A stretch of 64,000 nt of DNA. Source: an uncultured Nitrospiraceae bacterium (lineage in GTDB: Bacteria > Nitrospirota > Thermodesulfovibrionia > Thermodesulfovibrionales > Dissulfurispiraceae). Of the stretch, positions 21,270 to 32,083 are shown piece by piece; positions within the stretch are counted from its first letter, which is position 1, and every line of letters starts with the position of its first letter. The position numbers were made by a program, and so were the translations under genes. The stretch spans positions 384,001 to 448,000 of the forward strand of contig CAVPIW010000005.1 in assembly GCA_963705105.1 (NCBI GenBank), given 5' to 3'. Under the pieces are notes generated by a model that made no database searches, was not told the DNA's origin, and was given only the letters and a program-made list of their open reading frames with translations.

Positions 21270-21949
21270 TGCCGAAAATAATAAAGCGGATCAGCAAAGA
21301 AGAAGAGGGCGAAGAGACAATTCAGGAAACCGTTGACGACCTGCGGAAACGGCTGAAGGATAAACAGAAGACGCTCATTATCGGTCTTGTCGTCTTCCTC
21401 GCGGTCATTACAGTCATCGGCGGCTATTCCCTTTACAACAAGACGACGAACAGCGCGGCCCATGAGCTCGAAACCGAGGCGTACAAGGCTTATTACGGAG
21501 ATTTTCAGAGCCAGCCCGCACCTGCGCCGGACCGCTACCGGAAGGCCCTCGATCTTTTCCAGAAATCATATGAGAAGAGGAGCAGGCCCCATATTCTCCT
21601 GCACATCGCCAACTGCCACTACGAGCTGGGGAACTATGACGAAGCCGTAAAGGTTCTGAAGGATCTCACGGGCAAGTATGCCGACGCGCCCATCCTTCCC
21701 CTCTCCTATTACAAGCTTGCCATGACATACCTGAAGAAGGGCGATACAGAGAACGCCCTCGCAACCCTCGGCAATCTGTCGGCCATCAAGGACAGCGGCC
21801 TCCAGGACCTTGCCCTTCTTGAAAGCGGGAAGATCCTTGACGGGATGGGGAAAAAGGACGAGGCAAAGATCAAGTACAAGGAACTCGTCGACAGGTTCCC
21901 GAAATCGGCACTCGTCACGGAGGCGAAATCGAGACTCGGGGGAAGTTAG
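21269..21949 (+). CDS. Membrane-anchored tetratricopeptide repeat protein (YfgM-like)
   Basis: ATG overlaps the PHP stop; single TM helix followed by TPR helices. Confidence 0.85.
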   Translation: MPKIIKRISKEEEGEETIQETVDDLRKRLKDKQKTLIIGLVVFLAVITVIGGYSLYNKTTNSAAHELETEAYKAYYGDFQSQPAPAPDRYRKALDLFQKSYEKRSRPHILLHIANCHYELGNYDEAVKVLKDLTGKYADAPILPLSYYKLAMTYLKKGDTENALATLGNLSAIKDSGLQDLALLESGKILDGMGKKDEAKIKYKELVDRFPKSALVTEAKSRLGGS

Positions 21950-22042
21950 AAAAAAATGTCAGTGTGGGTATGAGCATTTCGGGCCGTTCGGGGAACGGCC
22001 CCTACAATGAGACGGACTGCCGGCTGAGAACTGCGGACTGCC

Positions 22043-23578
22043 TTACACCCTCTTGGTTTTGACGCGGCCTTTCGACTTGGATTTGACGACGGCCTTCTGG
22101 GTATCCTTCTTCGATTTCTTTCCCGGTCCCGAAAACGCGACGGTCTTCTTTTTCCCCTGAGAAGAGACGGAACAGGAGATCTGGTCATGCTTGTCCGTGG
22201 CGAACTTTTCCCTCGGCGGAATGAAGAGCACATCGCCCGCCTTCACCCGTTCGATGCCGCCCATGTTGTTAAGTGCGAGAATGGCTGAGACGGGAATGCT
22301 CTCCTTCTGAGACACCTTCTTGATGGTGTCCCCCTTCTTCACTTTGTATGTCTCGATGCTGAAATGGTCCTTCCTGGGGATCTCGCTGAGATTCTCCGAA
22401 AAGTCCTCCCCGCTGCCCTTGGGAACACGGACCGTGTAGGATGAAACATTCGGAGGCGTGCTCCATCTCCTGAGCTCGGGATTGAGGTCACGGATCTCCT
22501 TCACCGACGTATTCGCGCACCGGGCGATGATCTCAAGATCGAGGGGCTGATAGACCGTTACTTCATCATACTCCATGGGCTCCTGGTACGCGAGGCCGGT
22601 GAAACCGAAGTCCTCCGGCGTCTGGGCTATCATTGAAGCGGCGATGTAATGGGAGACGTAGGATTTCGTCTCGTCCCGTATCTGCTTGGTGTCGAGGAGT
22701 GCCCAGTAGTCCGTGGAGCCCGAATTCTTCAGCGCCCTCATGATCCTGCCTTCTCCGGCGTTATAGGCCGCAAGGGCGAGGTTCCAGGCCCCGAACATCC
22801 GGTAGAGGTCTTTCAGGTAGCTGGCTGCGGCCTCCGTGGATTTCACGGGATCTTTCCGTTCGTCCCTCCACCAGTCGACGATAAGCCCATATCGCTTAGC
22901 CGTCGCCTCGATGAACTGCCAGGGGCCGGCGGCCCGCGCCGGCGAATAGGCATGGGGATTGAATCCGCTTTCGACAATAGGGAGAAAGACGAGGTCTTCC
23001 GGCATGTCCTTTTCCCGGAGGACTTCCTTCATCACATCCATATACCGGGCGGACCGCTCAAGCCAGAGATGAAACCGCTCCTTCAGCCTGTCACTGAAGA
23101 GGAACAGGCTTCGCTCTATGGCCCGCTCGGCCCTTTGATTGGAATCAAAGGAGATCCCGAGGGGGGGCTCGAAGCTCCCGTCACCTTCATTCATCGCACG
23201 CAGGGTGGATATGACCGGCCGTTTATAGTCCCCGCTCACTGTCAGAAGTTCATTATTCTGCGATGCACTATCATTTCCCCCCTCCTGCGCAAGCGGGCTC
23301 CAGAGACGGACAAAAAGGCCGGAAGAAATCCCGGAATAACCGGGCAGGCCGGGGACAGCCGCCTCTTTCGGACATACCTGCTCCCTGGTCAGTGTGGGTA
23401 TGCTCCTCTGCTCGGACGGGACAGGGGTGAACAGGGTCGTCCCGTCGTGTATGAAGAGGGATTTCTTTTCCATGATATCTTTTGCCGGGGGAGGAGTTTC
23501 GATTTCCGCAAAGACTGAGGGCGCGAAGGACAGAAGGACAAACATCAGAAGGGCCAGCAACTTCCACGTCATCTCCAT
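22043..23578 (-). CDS. mltD: Lytic murein transglycosylase with LysM domain
   Basis: VESGF, AAGPWQF, LAAYNAG, ET..YV; LysM YKVKKGDT; signal peptide. Confidence 0.92.
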   Translation of the reverse strand: MEMTWKLLALLMFVLLSFAPSVFAEIETPPPAKDIMEKKSLFIHDGTTLFTPVPSEQRSIPTLTREQVCPKEAAVPGLPGYSGISSGLFVRLWSPLAQEGGNDSASQNNELLTVSGDYKRPVISTLRAMNEGDGSFEPPLGISFDSNQRAERAIERSLFLFSDRLKERFHLWLERSARYMDVMKEVLREKDMPEDLVFLPIVESGFNPHAYSPARAAGPWQFIEATAKRYGLIVDWWRDERKDPVKSTEAAASYLKDLYRMFGAWNLALAAYNAGEGRIMRALKNSGSTDYWALLDTKQIRDETKSYVSHYIAASMIAQTPEDFGFTGLAYQEPMEYDEVTVYQPLDLEIIARCANTSVKEIRDLNPELRRWSTPPNVSSYTVRVPKGSGEDFSENLSEIPRKDHFSIETYKVKKGDTIKKVSQKESIPVSAILALNNMGGIERVKAGDVLFIPPREKFATDKHDQISCSVSSQGKKKTVAFSGPGKKSKKDTQKAVVKSKSKGRVKTKRV

Positions 23579-23671
23579 ACCGCTCCTTTCCTCAATCCCC
23601 GGATCAGCAGTTCCGCAGGATCGATCACAGGCGTACGGGAGCTGCGTAGGGGCCGCTCCCGGTATGTGGCG

Positions 23672-24841
23672 CTATGCCGCCTTTTCCGCTGCTTTCTGTT
23701 TCTTTGCCGCCGCGGCCGCTAAAACCTCGGCGGTGTTGAAAGTACCCTCAATCGCCTGGACAGGGCACTTAGCCGTGCAGATGCCGCAACCGATGCACCT
23801 GCTCTGGTCGATGACATGCCTCTTTTTCGGTTCCCCGCTTGCCGCATCGACAGGACAGACTTTACGGCATGACTGGCATCCGATGCACCTTTCCGTGATG
23901 ACGGCCTTTGGCCGCTGGGGAATGTAATCAAAGATTGCGCTCGTCGGACACTTGGGGACACAGAGACCGCAGATCCTGCATTTCGTGATGTCGATCTTCG
24001 AGAGATTTCCCTCCACTTTCGGGGCATCGAAGGGGCAGACCTTGACGCACATGCCGCAGGCGATGCAACCGACCTGGCACTGCTTCCTCGTGACGACACC
24101 CTTTTCCTTCGAATGGCAGGCAACGAGGACCTGTTTCGATGCGGGAAGCACCTCGATGACCCTCTTGGGGCAGGCGGCCTCGCACTTCCTGCAGCCCGTG
24201 CACTTTGCGATATCGATGATCGGCAGGTGGTCCGCACCCATGGCAATGGCGCCGAAGGGGCAGACGTTGGCACAAGTGCCGTAGCCGAGACAACCGTACA
24301 GGCAGGATTTGTCTCCCCCGCCTGCAAGGACTGCGGCCCTGCAGTCCCGGACACCTTCGTACCGGAAGCGTTTCACCGATTTGTCCCAGTTCCCCTGGCA
24401 CATGACCCGGGCGAAGATGGGCTCCCTGATATCGGCCTTCTTGCCCGTGATCAGGGCGACCGCCTCGAAGCACCTCTTTCCGCCGGGCGTACAGAGGCTC
24501 GGCGACACGTTGGGGTCCTTCACCACCGCCTCGGCATACTGCTCGCACCCCGCATATCCGCAGGCGCCGCAATGGGCATGTGCAAGCACGTCCTTCACCT
24601 GCTCGACCCTCGGGTCGATCTGGACAGCGAACCTCTTGGCTGCAAAAGCGAGTCCCACGCCGAATATGGCGCCCAAACCCGCCAGAAAGACGACGCTGAA
24701 TCTCAGCAGCGACGGCAGGTCGACGGATTCCTTCGCCTCGACCCCTCCGCCGACACCGGCCTGCGGGATGAGGAAACTCGCGCTATCGATCAACCGGAGC
24801 AGCCCCTCGATGACCGCTCCAATGTCATGCACGTCTAACAT
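23672..24841 (-). CDS. rnfB: Rnf complex subunit B (polyferredoxin-extended)
   Basis: CGACGYAGC and multiple CxxCxxCxxxCP motifs; follows rnfA. Confidence 0.93.
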   Translation of the reverse strand: MLDVHDIGAVIEGLLRLIDSASFLIPQAGVGGGVEAKESVDLPSLLRFSVVFLAGLGAIFGVGLAFAAKRFAVQIDPRVEQVKDVLAHAHCGACGYAGCEQYAEAVVKDPNVSPSLCTPGGKRCFEAVALITGKKADIREPIFARVMCQGNWDKSVKRFRYEGVRDCRAAVLAGGGDKSCLYGCLGYGTCANVCPFGAIAMGADHLPIIDIAKCTGCRKCEAACPKRVIEVLPASKQVLVACHSKEKGVVTRKQCQVGCIACGMCVKVCPFDAPKVEGNLSKIDITKCRICGLCVPKCPTSAIFDYIPQRPKAVITERCIGCQSCRKVCPVDAASGEPKKRHVIDQSRCIGCGICTAKCPVQAIEGTFNTAEVLAAAAAKKQKAAEKAA

Positions 24842-24950
24842 CTCTTTTCACCTCTTTTTGTGATCATAAACGGCCCTGCGGGATTCCTTGATTCATCCCT
24901 CAGAGGCCACAGCTTATATTGTACCACCGGGCCTTTCCTCCCGGCAAATT

Positions 24951-25305
24951 AACCTTATCGTTGCAATAGGCCCCCGGAAAGGCGGGGCGAAGATGCCACC
25001 GAAAATAAGTCATTAAGTCACTAAGTCATTAGTCAGCAGTCGAAAGTCGGGACCACGCTGCGACTGCCAAAACGGGAAGGCTGATGTGGTGAAAAGCCTT
25101 TCCGCGAAGATACCCTGTTCATCCCCGGACCACCCTTTGCCGTGTCGATCGATACCAGAAGCCCGACAGGCAACAGGCGCTGAATACCCTGAAATGTCTC
25201 ATCATCGCATTGGAAAGGCTTTGAACCACATTTGCCTTCCCGGCGACCGTGTCGTTATCAGCAAGGCTTTTAGGCACTTTGTCCCGCCTTTTCATGCAAC
25301 TGCAA
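24951..25305 (+). repeat. Composite element (family-B arms enclosing an octamer tract and a family-C core) between rnfA and rnfB
   Basis: B-left GGAAAGGCGGGGCGAAGATGCC, C core, B-right TATCAGCAAGGCTTTTAGGCACTTTGTCCCGCCTTTT. Confidence 0.9.
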
Positions 25306-25306
25306 A

Positions 25307-25894
25307 TTAAATGGTTATGAGCCCTGAAAAACCCGTAAATGCGAGGGCGATCAGCCCCGTAATGACGAAGGCCATCGGCAGCCCCCTGAAGGGCGCCGGC
25401 ACATCGGCCAGTTCGAGCTTCTCGCGGATGCTCGCCATGATGATGAGGGCCAGGGCGAAACCGATGCCCGAGCCGAGACCGAAGGAGATACTCTCGATGA
25501 AATTGTAGTGCTCCCCGGCATTGACGAGGGGAACTGCGAGAATGATGCAGTTCGTCGAGATGAGGGCGAGATAGATGCCCAGTTTGTAGTAGAGCCCCGG
25601 GGCCACCTTCCTCATGACGGTGTCGGAAGCCTGCACGAGACCCGCCACGATGCCGATGAAGACGATGATCTTCAGGAAGGTGATCTCCAGAGGGACCATG
25701 ATGAAGGTGAAAACGACCCAGCTCAGCGCCGCGCTGACCATCATGACCGCCGTAAAGGTGATGCTCATGCCGACGGCGGTCTCCATCTTCTTTGACACGC
25801 CGAAGAAGATGCAAAGCCCGAGAAACCGCGTAAAGACGAAGTTGTTGATCAGCGACGCCGATACGATGAGTTCAAAGATTCTCGTGAAATCCAT
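25307..25894 (-). CDS. rnfA: Rnf complex subunit A
   Basis: NNFVFTRFLGLC, LISTNCIIL. Confidence 0.95.
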   Translation of the reverse strand: MDFTRIFELIVSASLINNFVFTRFLGLCIFFGVSKKMETAVGMSITFTAVMMVSAALSWVVFTFIMVPLEITFLKIIVFIGIVAGLVQASDTVMRKVAPGLYYKLGIYLALISTNCIILAVPLVNAGEHYNFIESISFGLGSGIGFALALIIMASIREKLELADVPAPFRGLPMAFVITGLIALAFTGFSGLITI

Positions 25895-25914
25895 CGTCTA
25901 TCCCTCCTCCCGCA

Positions 25915-26541
25915 TCAGTGGGCGCCCGTCGCGCTTTTCTTGAAGAACCGGATGTCGATCCAGTTAAAAAAGGCCATCAGGATACCGACGGCGAAAAACC
26001 CGCCGGCAGGAAGAATCATTATGAGCAGAGGTTTTGCATTGATGAGAGCGATCCCCCAAAGGGCGCCCTTCCCGAGAAGCTCCCTGAAGAAGCTGATAAC
26101 AACCAGGGCGAAGAGGAATCCCAGCCCCATCCCGATACCGTCAAACATGGACGGGGTGATCGTATTCTTGCTCGCGAACATCTCCGCCCGCGCGAGGATC
26201 GAGGCGAAAGCGACGATGAGCTGTATGTACAGTCCCATTTGTTTATAAGCGTCCGGCGCAAAGGCGGCCATGGACATGTCCGTGACCGTCACCCATCCCG
26301 AGATGACAAGCATGAAGATAGGCAACCGTATCCTCGGGTGAATAAACTTTCGTATGAGAGAGATGGTGATGTTGACCATCACCTGCACGAAAAGCACCGC
26401 CACACCCATGAGGAAGCCGTTTCTCAGGCTCCCCGTGACTGCGATGGAGGGGCAGAGGCTCAGGGCGAGCTTGAAGATCGTGTTCTCTGCGATGATGCCG
26501 TTCTTTATGAGTTCCCAGTTACTTGGTGGTGCCAGCGCCAT
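25915..26541 (-). CDS. rnfE: Rnf complex subunit E
   Basis: EN...LSLCPSIAVT, RELLG, LPAGGF. Confidence 0.93.
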   Translation of the reverse strand: MALAPPSNWELIKNGIIAENTIFKLALSLCPSIAVTGSLRNGFLMGVAVLFVQVMVNITISLIRKFIHPRIRLPIFMLVISGWVTVTDMSMAAFAPDAYKQMGLYIQLIVAFASILARAEMFASKNTITPSMFDGIGMGLGFLFALVVISFFRELLGKGALWGIALINAKPLLIMILPAGGFFAVGILMAFFNWIDIRFFKKSATGAH

Positions 26542-27106
26542 TGCCTTTCCCTCCCTTCACTGTCTTGACGAGAAAACCGAGTCCGTTCTTCACGGCGTCT
26601 TCGGTCACCGCCCTGCTCGATATGGTGACTCCCGTGATTGCCTGGATATACTCATTCGTCTCCGCCTTGACGAGCTTCACGTGATCGAGGTCCTTGCCGG
26701 CGAACTGACCCTTGAATGAGTCCGTCTCGATCTCATCCCCCAGGCCGGGCGTTTCCGCATGGCTGAGTATATCCACTTTCTGTATCTTGAGGTCCCTGTC
26801 GACGGCGATCAGGACATTGATGTAGCTCGAGTATCCCTTGCCGAAAGATTGGACCACATACCCGACTATTTCGTCGCCTTTCTTCGCAGCGTAATACTCG
26901 GCCTTCTTGTCGTGAATCGTCCAGTCGCCTTTCTTTTCGAATGTCGCACCTGTGATGAGCTTCTGGAGGGCCTCCTGTTTGGCCTTCTCGTTGTTGACGA
27001 ATATGATCGGCGAGGTTCTGGCATACACGACAGCGAGGATGATGCCTCCGATGACATAGATGATGACGAGATTGACGGTGATCTTTAAAATGTCCTTGCC
27101 TGTCAC
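26519..27106 (-). CDS. rnfG: Rnf complex subunit G
   Basis: ETPGLG; ITGVTISS FMN attachment site. Confidence 0.95.
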   Translation of the reverse strand: MTGKDILKITVNLVIIYVIGGIILAVVYARTSPIIFVNNEKAKQEALQKLITGATFEKKGDWTIHDKKAEYYAAKKGDEIVGYVVQSFGKGYSSYINVLIAVDRDLKIQKVDILSHAETPGLGDEIETDSFKGQFAGKDLDHVKLVKAETNEYIQAITGVTISSRAVTEDAVKNGLGFLVKTVKGGKGNGAGTTK

Positions 27107-28125
27107 TTCTTCGCCTCCTTCACCGCTTTTCTCGCACCGAACACGTGGCTCCTGAAAGCCCTGTCGATGAGGGGGGCAAAGCAGTTCATGATGAGGATGG
27201 CGAACATGACGCCTTCGGGGTAGCCTCCCTTGAGCCTGATGATCATCGTGAGAAAACCGCAGCCGACACCGTAGACGATCTGTCCCTTCTTGACGGAGGG
27301 GCTCGTGACGTAGTCCGTCGCCATATAGAGGGAGCCGAGGATCATGCCTCCGCTCAGCAGGTGGATGATCGGGTCACCGGCGAAAAAGGCCCCCTTGGCG
27401 CCGAAAATCCATGCGATGACCGCCGCTGTCCCGAGGAAGGACACCGGGGTGTGCCAGGTGATGTAGCCTCTGTAAAACAGGAAGAGGGCGCCGATGATGA
27501 GCGCCAGTCCCGAGGTCTCACCGATCGACCCCGCCCTGTGTCCCATCAGGAGTTGGGTATACAGGTTCAGCTTGTCGCCGAAAATCTCCATGAGTTTTAC
27601 CAGCCCTTCTTCCTTCAGGATGCCGAGCGGTGTCGCCGTCGTCTTGGCGTCAAAAAGAAGAAATCCCGCTGTCGGCTCCTTGAAAATGGTCATGAGCTTC
27701 GGGAAGGAGATGAGGAGAAAGGCCCGTCCGATCAGTGCCGGGTTGAAGACATTGAAGCCGAGCCCACCGAAGAGCTGTTTCGTGATGATGACGGCAACGA
27801 AAGACCCAATGGCCGGGATGTAAAAGGGGACGGAGGGGGGCAGGTTCAGTCCGAGGAGCAGCCCCGTGAGAAAGGCGCTCCCGTCGGTGATGGAGATCTT
27901 CCTCTTGGTACCCCTCTGGAAGAGATACTCCGAAAGGACGGCGGTGACGATGGCGATCAGCACCGTGATGACGGCCCGGGGACCGAAGAAATATGCCCCC
28001 ATGACTGTTGCGGGCAGGAGCGCACCGTTGACGCTCCACATGATCCTCTCCGTCGTCTCTTCGCTCTTGACGTGAGGACTGACGGAAACGATTAAGGGGT
28101 ATTCCTCTTTTTTCAATACGGCCAT
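27103..28125 (-). CDS. rnfD: Rnf complex subunit D
   Basis: SPH, KQLFGGLG.N.FNPA, TTATPL, MATDYVTSP. Confidence 0.96.
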   Translation of the reverse strand: MAVLKKEEYPLIVSVSPHVKSEETTERIMWSVNGALLPATVMGAYFFGPRAVITVLIAIVTAVLSEYLFQRGTKRKISITDGSAFLTGLLLGLNLPPSVPFYIPAIGSFVAVIITKQLFGGLGFNVFNPALIGRAFLLISFPKLMTIFKEPTAGFLLFDAKTTATPLGILKEEGLVKLMEIFGDKLNLYTQLLMGHRAGSIGETSGLALIIGALFLFYRGYITWHTPVSFLGTAAVIAWIFGAKGAFFAGDPIIHLLSGGMILGSLYMATDYVTSPSVKKGQIVYGVGCGFLTMIIRLKGGYPEGVMFAILIMNCFAPLIDRAFRSHVFGARKAVKEAKK

Positions 28126-28204
28126 ACTCGCTCCCCCGGCCGGGAATCGGCAAAGGCTTGTCCCCCGGCCCGATCATTCAGATATGGTATGCCCCGGCGC
28201 GCGA

Positions 28205-29512
28205 TCATGGCTTGACCAGCGATTTCGAGAGCCTGACCAGCTGGACGATCGGCCTTTTCGAAGGGCAGACATAGGTACAGGAACCGCATTCGAAGCAGTC
28301 GAAGAGATTGTATTCCTTCGCCTCTTCATGGAATCCCTTTTCCGAATAGACGCTCAGCATCGACGGCATGAGCCCCATCGGGCAGATGTCGATGCACCGG
28401 CCGCACCGGATGCAGGGTCCGAAGTCCTCGGCGTGCAGGATCCCCTCTTCCGGCAGAACGAGGATGCCCGATGTGCCCTTCGTGACGGCCACATCGAGTG
28501 CGGAGAGGGCAAACCCCATCATGGGTCCTCCCGACACCACCTTCGCGATCTCCGAGGAAAACCCGCCGCACTCCTCGATGAGGTCCGACACGAGGGTGCC
28601 GATCTTGACGAGGAGGTTGCCCGGCTCCTTGATCCCCTCACCGGTCACGGTGACGACCCTCTCGATGAGGGGCTTTCCGTACCGCGCCGCTTCGAAGGTC
28701 GCGATCGCCGTCCCCACATTCTGGACGACGACGCCCACATCCATGGGAAGCCCCCTGGCCGGGACTTCACGGTCGATCAGGGACTTGATCAGCATTTTTT
28801 CGGCGCCCTGCGGATACTTCACCTCCACGCCGCAAACTTCGATGGAGGGCTCGCCCGATCCCGCCTGTTTCAGCGCCGCCACGGCGTCGGGCTTGTTGTT
28901 CTCGATGCCGATGTAGCCCTTCGCGACGCCGAGGATTTTCATGAGTATCTTCAATCCCTCGATGACCTCTCCCGGCCTCTCGACCATCATCCTGTGGTCG
29001 GCGGTCAGATAAGGCTCACACTCCGCGCCGTTGATGATAACGACATCGATGGGCTTTTCCTTGGGGGGGGAGAGCTTGACATGAGTGGGGAAAGCGGCGC
29101 CTCCCATGCCGACGATGCCGGCATTCTTCACCTTTTCCCTCAGCTCCTCAGGCGTCAGCTTCGCGTAGTCCGGGTTGTCCTTCAGCGAGGTCCACTCCTC
29201 ATTGCCGTCGTTTTCGATGACAATCGACGTCACGAGCCTTCCCGTTGCGAGGGGGAAATCGCCGATCGCAATGACCTTGCCCGAGACGGATGAATGGACG
29301 GGCGCCGACACAAAACCCTCGGGAGTCCCGATCATTTCCCCCTTTTTCACTTCCTGCCCTATGGCAACAGCGGCCTTGCAGGGGGCTCCTATATGCTGGA
29401 CGAGGGGTATGACGACGCGCTTCGGCGGCTTCGTCGGCGTGATGGGCCTGTCTTTGGAAAGTTCCTTTTTATCCGGAGGGTGAATCCCTCCTTTGAATGT
29501 ACCAAGGGCCAT
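28205..29512 (-). CDS. rnfC: Rnf complex subunit C
   Basis: GGIHP, GMGGAAFPTHVK, ECEPYLTAD and two 4Fe-4S motifs. Confidence 0.97.
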   Translation of the reverse strand: MALGTFKGGIHPPDKKELSKDRPITPTKPPKRVVIPLVQHIGAPCKAAVAIGQEVKKGEMIGTPEGFVSAPVHSSVSGKVIAIGDFPLATGRLVTSIVIENDGNEEWTSLKDNPDYAKLTPEELREKVKNAGIVGMGGAAFPTHVKLSPPKEKPIDVVIINGAECEPYLTADHRMMVERPGEVIEGLKILMKILGVAKGYIGIENNKPDAVAALKQAGSGEPSIEVCGVEVKYPQGAEKMLIKSLIDREVPARGLPMDVGVVVQNVGTAIATFEAARYGKPLIERVVTVTGEGIKEPGNLLVKIGTLVSDLIEECGGFSSEIAKVVSGGPMMGFALSALDVAVTKGTSGILVLPEEGILHAEDFGPCIRCGRCIDICPMGLMPSMLSVYSEKGFHEEAKEYNLFDCFECGSCTYVCPSKRPIVQLVRLSKSLVKP

Positions 29513-29681
29513 TGATTCGTCCTCCCGAAATTTCGGAAAAAGCATTTATAAATACCATTATCAAGTGCGGAAAGTCAAACAAGACAGGAGGCGGGACGGG
29601 GTCTGCCGGGTCCCGGGAAAAGGCGGTCTTCGTTGACAGGACGGCCGCTCATCCGATAGAGTACAACTCAGAGTGCCTCCC

Positions 29682-30779
29682 ATGCCTACACTATACGAAC
29701 TGCTGAAACTCATGATCGACCGGGGCGCGTCGGACCTGCACCTCACCACCGGCAGTCCGCCGAGGCTGAGAGTGACAGGCAAACTCGTCTCCCTTGAGAA
29801 CTTCCCGTCCCTGAGCCCCGACGACACGAGGGAACTCTGTATGAGTGTGCTGACGGAAGCGCAGAAGGCGGCTTTCGAGCAGCATAACGAACTCGACTTC
29901 TCCTTCGGCATCATGGGTTTGAGCAGATTCAGGGCGAACATCTTCATACAGAGGGGCACCGTCGCAGGCGCCTTCAGGTCGATCCCCTTCAAGATCAAAA
30001 CGTTCAAAGACCTTGGGCTCCCGAAAATCGTCGAGGACCTGATCCGGAAACCCCACGGTCTCATCCTCGTCACGGGACCGACAGGCAGCGGCAAGTCGAC
30101 GACGCTCGCATCGCTCATCGACAGGATCAACACGGAGCGCGAGGCGCACATCCTGACCATAGAGGATCCCATCGAGTTCCTTCACAGTCATAAGAAGTGC
30201 ATCATCAACCAGCGGGAGATAAACTCCGACACCTTCTCCTTTCAGAACGCCCTGCAGTATATACTGCGGCAGGACCCGGACGTCGTCATGATCGGCGAGA
30301 TGCAGGAGCTCAGGACGATCGAGGCCGCCATAACGGTGTCCGAGACGAGACACCTGACCCTCGGCACACTCCATACGAATACGGCCCTCCAGACGATCGT
30401 CCGGATCATCGACGCCTTCCCCGTCCATCATCAGGAACAGGCCCGCATCCAGCTCTCGGCGGTCATCGAGGGCATCCTGTCACAGCAGCTCATCCCGAGA
30501 CAGGATGGAGAAGGCAGGGTGCTGGCGCTCGAGATCCTCATCCCCACTCCTGCCATCCGGAACCTCATCAGGGAAGACAAGCTCTCGCAGATCTATTCGA
30601 TCATGCAGGCCGGCCACGGGAGGTCGGGCATGAAAACGATGAACCAGTCCCTCCACGAGCTCCACAGCCAGGGCCTCATCTCCTATGACGAAGCCATCAC
30701 CCACTCCCCGGCGCCGGAGGAGATGGCCCAGATCCTTACCCGCGGCACGACACAGAGCGCCCTCCGTTTTCCGCGATAG
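29682..30779 (+). CDS. pilT: PilT-family pilus retraction ATPase (atypical motifs)
   Basis: ASDLHL, GPTGSGKST, TIEDPIE, AIRNLIRE. Confidence 0.9.
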   Translation: MPTLYELLKLMIDRGASDLHLTTGSPPRLRVTGKLVSLENFPSLSPDDTRELCMSVLTEAQKAAFEQHNELDFSFGIMGLSRFRANIFIQRGTVAGAFRSIPFKIKTFKDLGLPKIVEDLIRKPHGLILVTGPTGSGKSTTLASLIDRINTEREAHILTIEDPIEFLHSHKKCIINQREINSDTFSFQNALQYILRQDPDVVMIGEMQELRTIEAAITVSETRHLTLGTLHTNTALQTIVRIIDAFPVHHQEQARIQLSAVIEGILSQQLIPRQDGEGRVLALEILIPTPAIRNLIREDKLSQIYSIMQAGHGRSGMKTMNQSLHELHSQGLISYDEAITHSPAPEEMAQILTRGTTQSALRFPR

Positions 30780-30838
30780 AAGCGGAAAGGGGGATGGCGC
30801 CCCCCGGACTCGTACTACCCCCGTTCCAACCTGTCCCC

Positions 30839-30878
30839 ATTTCTTGAAGTACTCCGGGGTGCCCCTCGCCGTCATCTT
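30839..30878. repeat. Left copy of a 40-bp imperfect direct repeat (att-like)
   Basis: ATTTCTTGAAGTACTCCGGGGTGCCCCTCGCCGTCATCTT; 35/40 identical to 40605-40644. Confidence 0.85.
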
Positions 30879-31155
30879 CAACTCAACACTTTTCCATGAC
30901 GAAACGGGCAAACGGCGCACCTGCAATAAACAAGACCTGCCCCCGTTTTAGCTGCGCGGAATAACTCAGTTCAGCGTGAGTGCTCTCACGAGACGGACTC
31001 TCTTGTAACGCATTGAATTAACGACATAATACCAGGCTCACCATCACATCCCGGGATTTCCGTGTATGTCTGACGATACAAACATCTTTACAGGGGCCGG
31101 CGAAAGAAGGAGAATACTGATTAAATATCAGATAGATGGCGAATCCTTGGTAATA

Positions 31156-31170
31156 TGGTATCGTTCTTGC
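31156..31170 (+). promoter_or_regulatory. Putative sigma54 promoter upstream of the two-component system
   Basis: TGGTATCGTTCTTGC = GG-N10-GC. Confidence 0.55.
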
Positions 31171-31408
31171 GTTTAAATTGGCTCGCAAAGTGCGTCGTTA
31201 GCAACCGCCGAGGGATCCGCAATTCATGTGTGCTGCAGGAGGAGGTGACGGGGGTCAGGTCGGTGGGACCTGGAGCGGAGGCAGGTTGAAGGTCTCACAG
31301 ACCTCTTGGGAGATCTGACGGGTTCCCGAGCGTCCTTGATGCCGTTTTCTTCGAAAGGAGGTGGGTGCGTCCGGATCGGTACCGCCTCCAAAAAAAAGGG
31401 GAATAGAT

Positions 31409-32083
31409 ATGCGAATCCTGATTGTAGAAGACGATAAGATGATCGCCTCCTTTATTGCACACGGTTTTCGGCAAGCGGCTTTTGCCGTGGATGTTGCGAC
31501 CGACGGTGAGGAGGGCCTGTTATGGGCCGTCAGAGGGCACTACGACGCGGCAGTCATCGATATCATGCTGCCCAAACTGGACGGTCTCGGTCTTATCGAA
31601 GAACTCCGGCGGCAAAAGGTTACGACACCCGTGATCATCGTGAGCGGCAAGCATTCAGTAGACGACAGGGTGAGGGGCCTTCAAACCGGGGGTGACGACT
31701 ACCTGACGAAACCATTCGCCTTTTCTGAACTTCTGGCGCGGGTGCATGCGCTTATCCGCAGGGCCGCCGGCAATGTTGATGCCGCTGCTGTGACAGCGGG
31801 GGACATCTCCCTGAACCTTTTCACGCGGGAGGTTATCCGGGCAGGAAGGAAGATCGAGATGCAGCATCGGGAGTTGACCCTGCTCGAATACCTGATGCGC
31901 AATGCCGGAAGGGTCGTATCCAAGACCATGATCCTGGACCAGGTGTGGGGCTATAACTTCGACCCGCAGACTAATGTCGTTGATGTATTGGTCTGCAGAT
32001 TGCGAAACAAGATTGACAAGGACTTTGAGAAAAAGGTGATTCAGACTATCCGAGGATTCGGTTATGTTCTCAGGGTCAATTAA
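31409..32083 (+). CDS. OmpR-family response regulator (CusR/CzcR-like)
   Basis: MRILIVEDD, DIMLP, DDYLTKPF, TNVVDV, TIRGFGY. Confidence 0.95.
   Translation: MRILIVEDDKMIASFIAHGFRQAAFAVDVATDGEEGLLWAVRGHYDAAVIDIMLPKLDGLGLIEELRRQKVTTPVIIVSGKHSVDDRVRGLQTGGDDYLTKPFAFSELLARVHALIRRAAGNVDAAAVTAGDISLNLFTREVIRAGRKIEMQHRELTLLEYLMRNAGRVVSKTMILDQVWGYNFDPQTNVVDVLVCRLRNKIDKDFEKKVIQTIRGFGYVLRVN

Noticed and set aside
30955..30985. tRNA-Gly-like 5' end (GCGGAATAACTCAGT)
   Set aside because: No anticodon arm, T-loop or acceptor 3' strand follows
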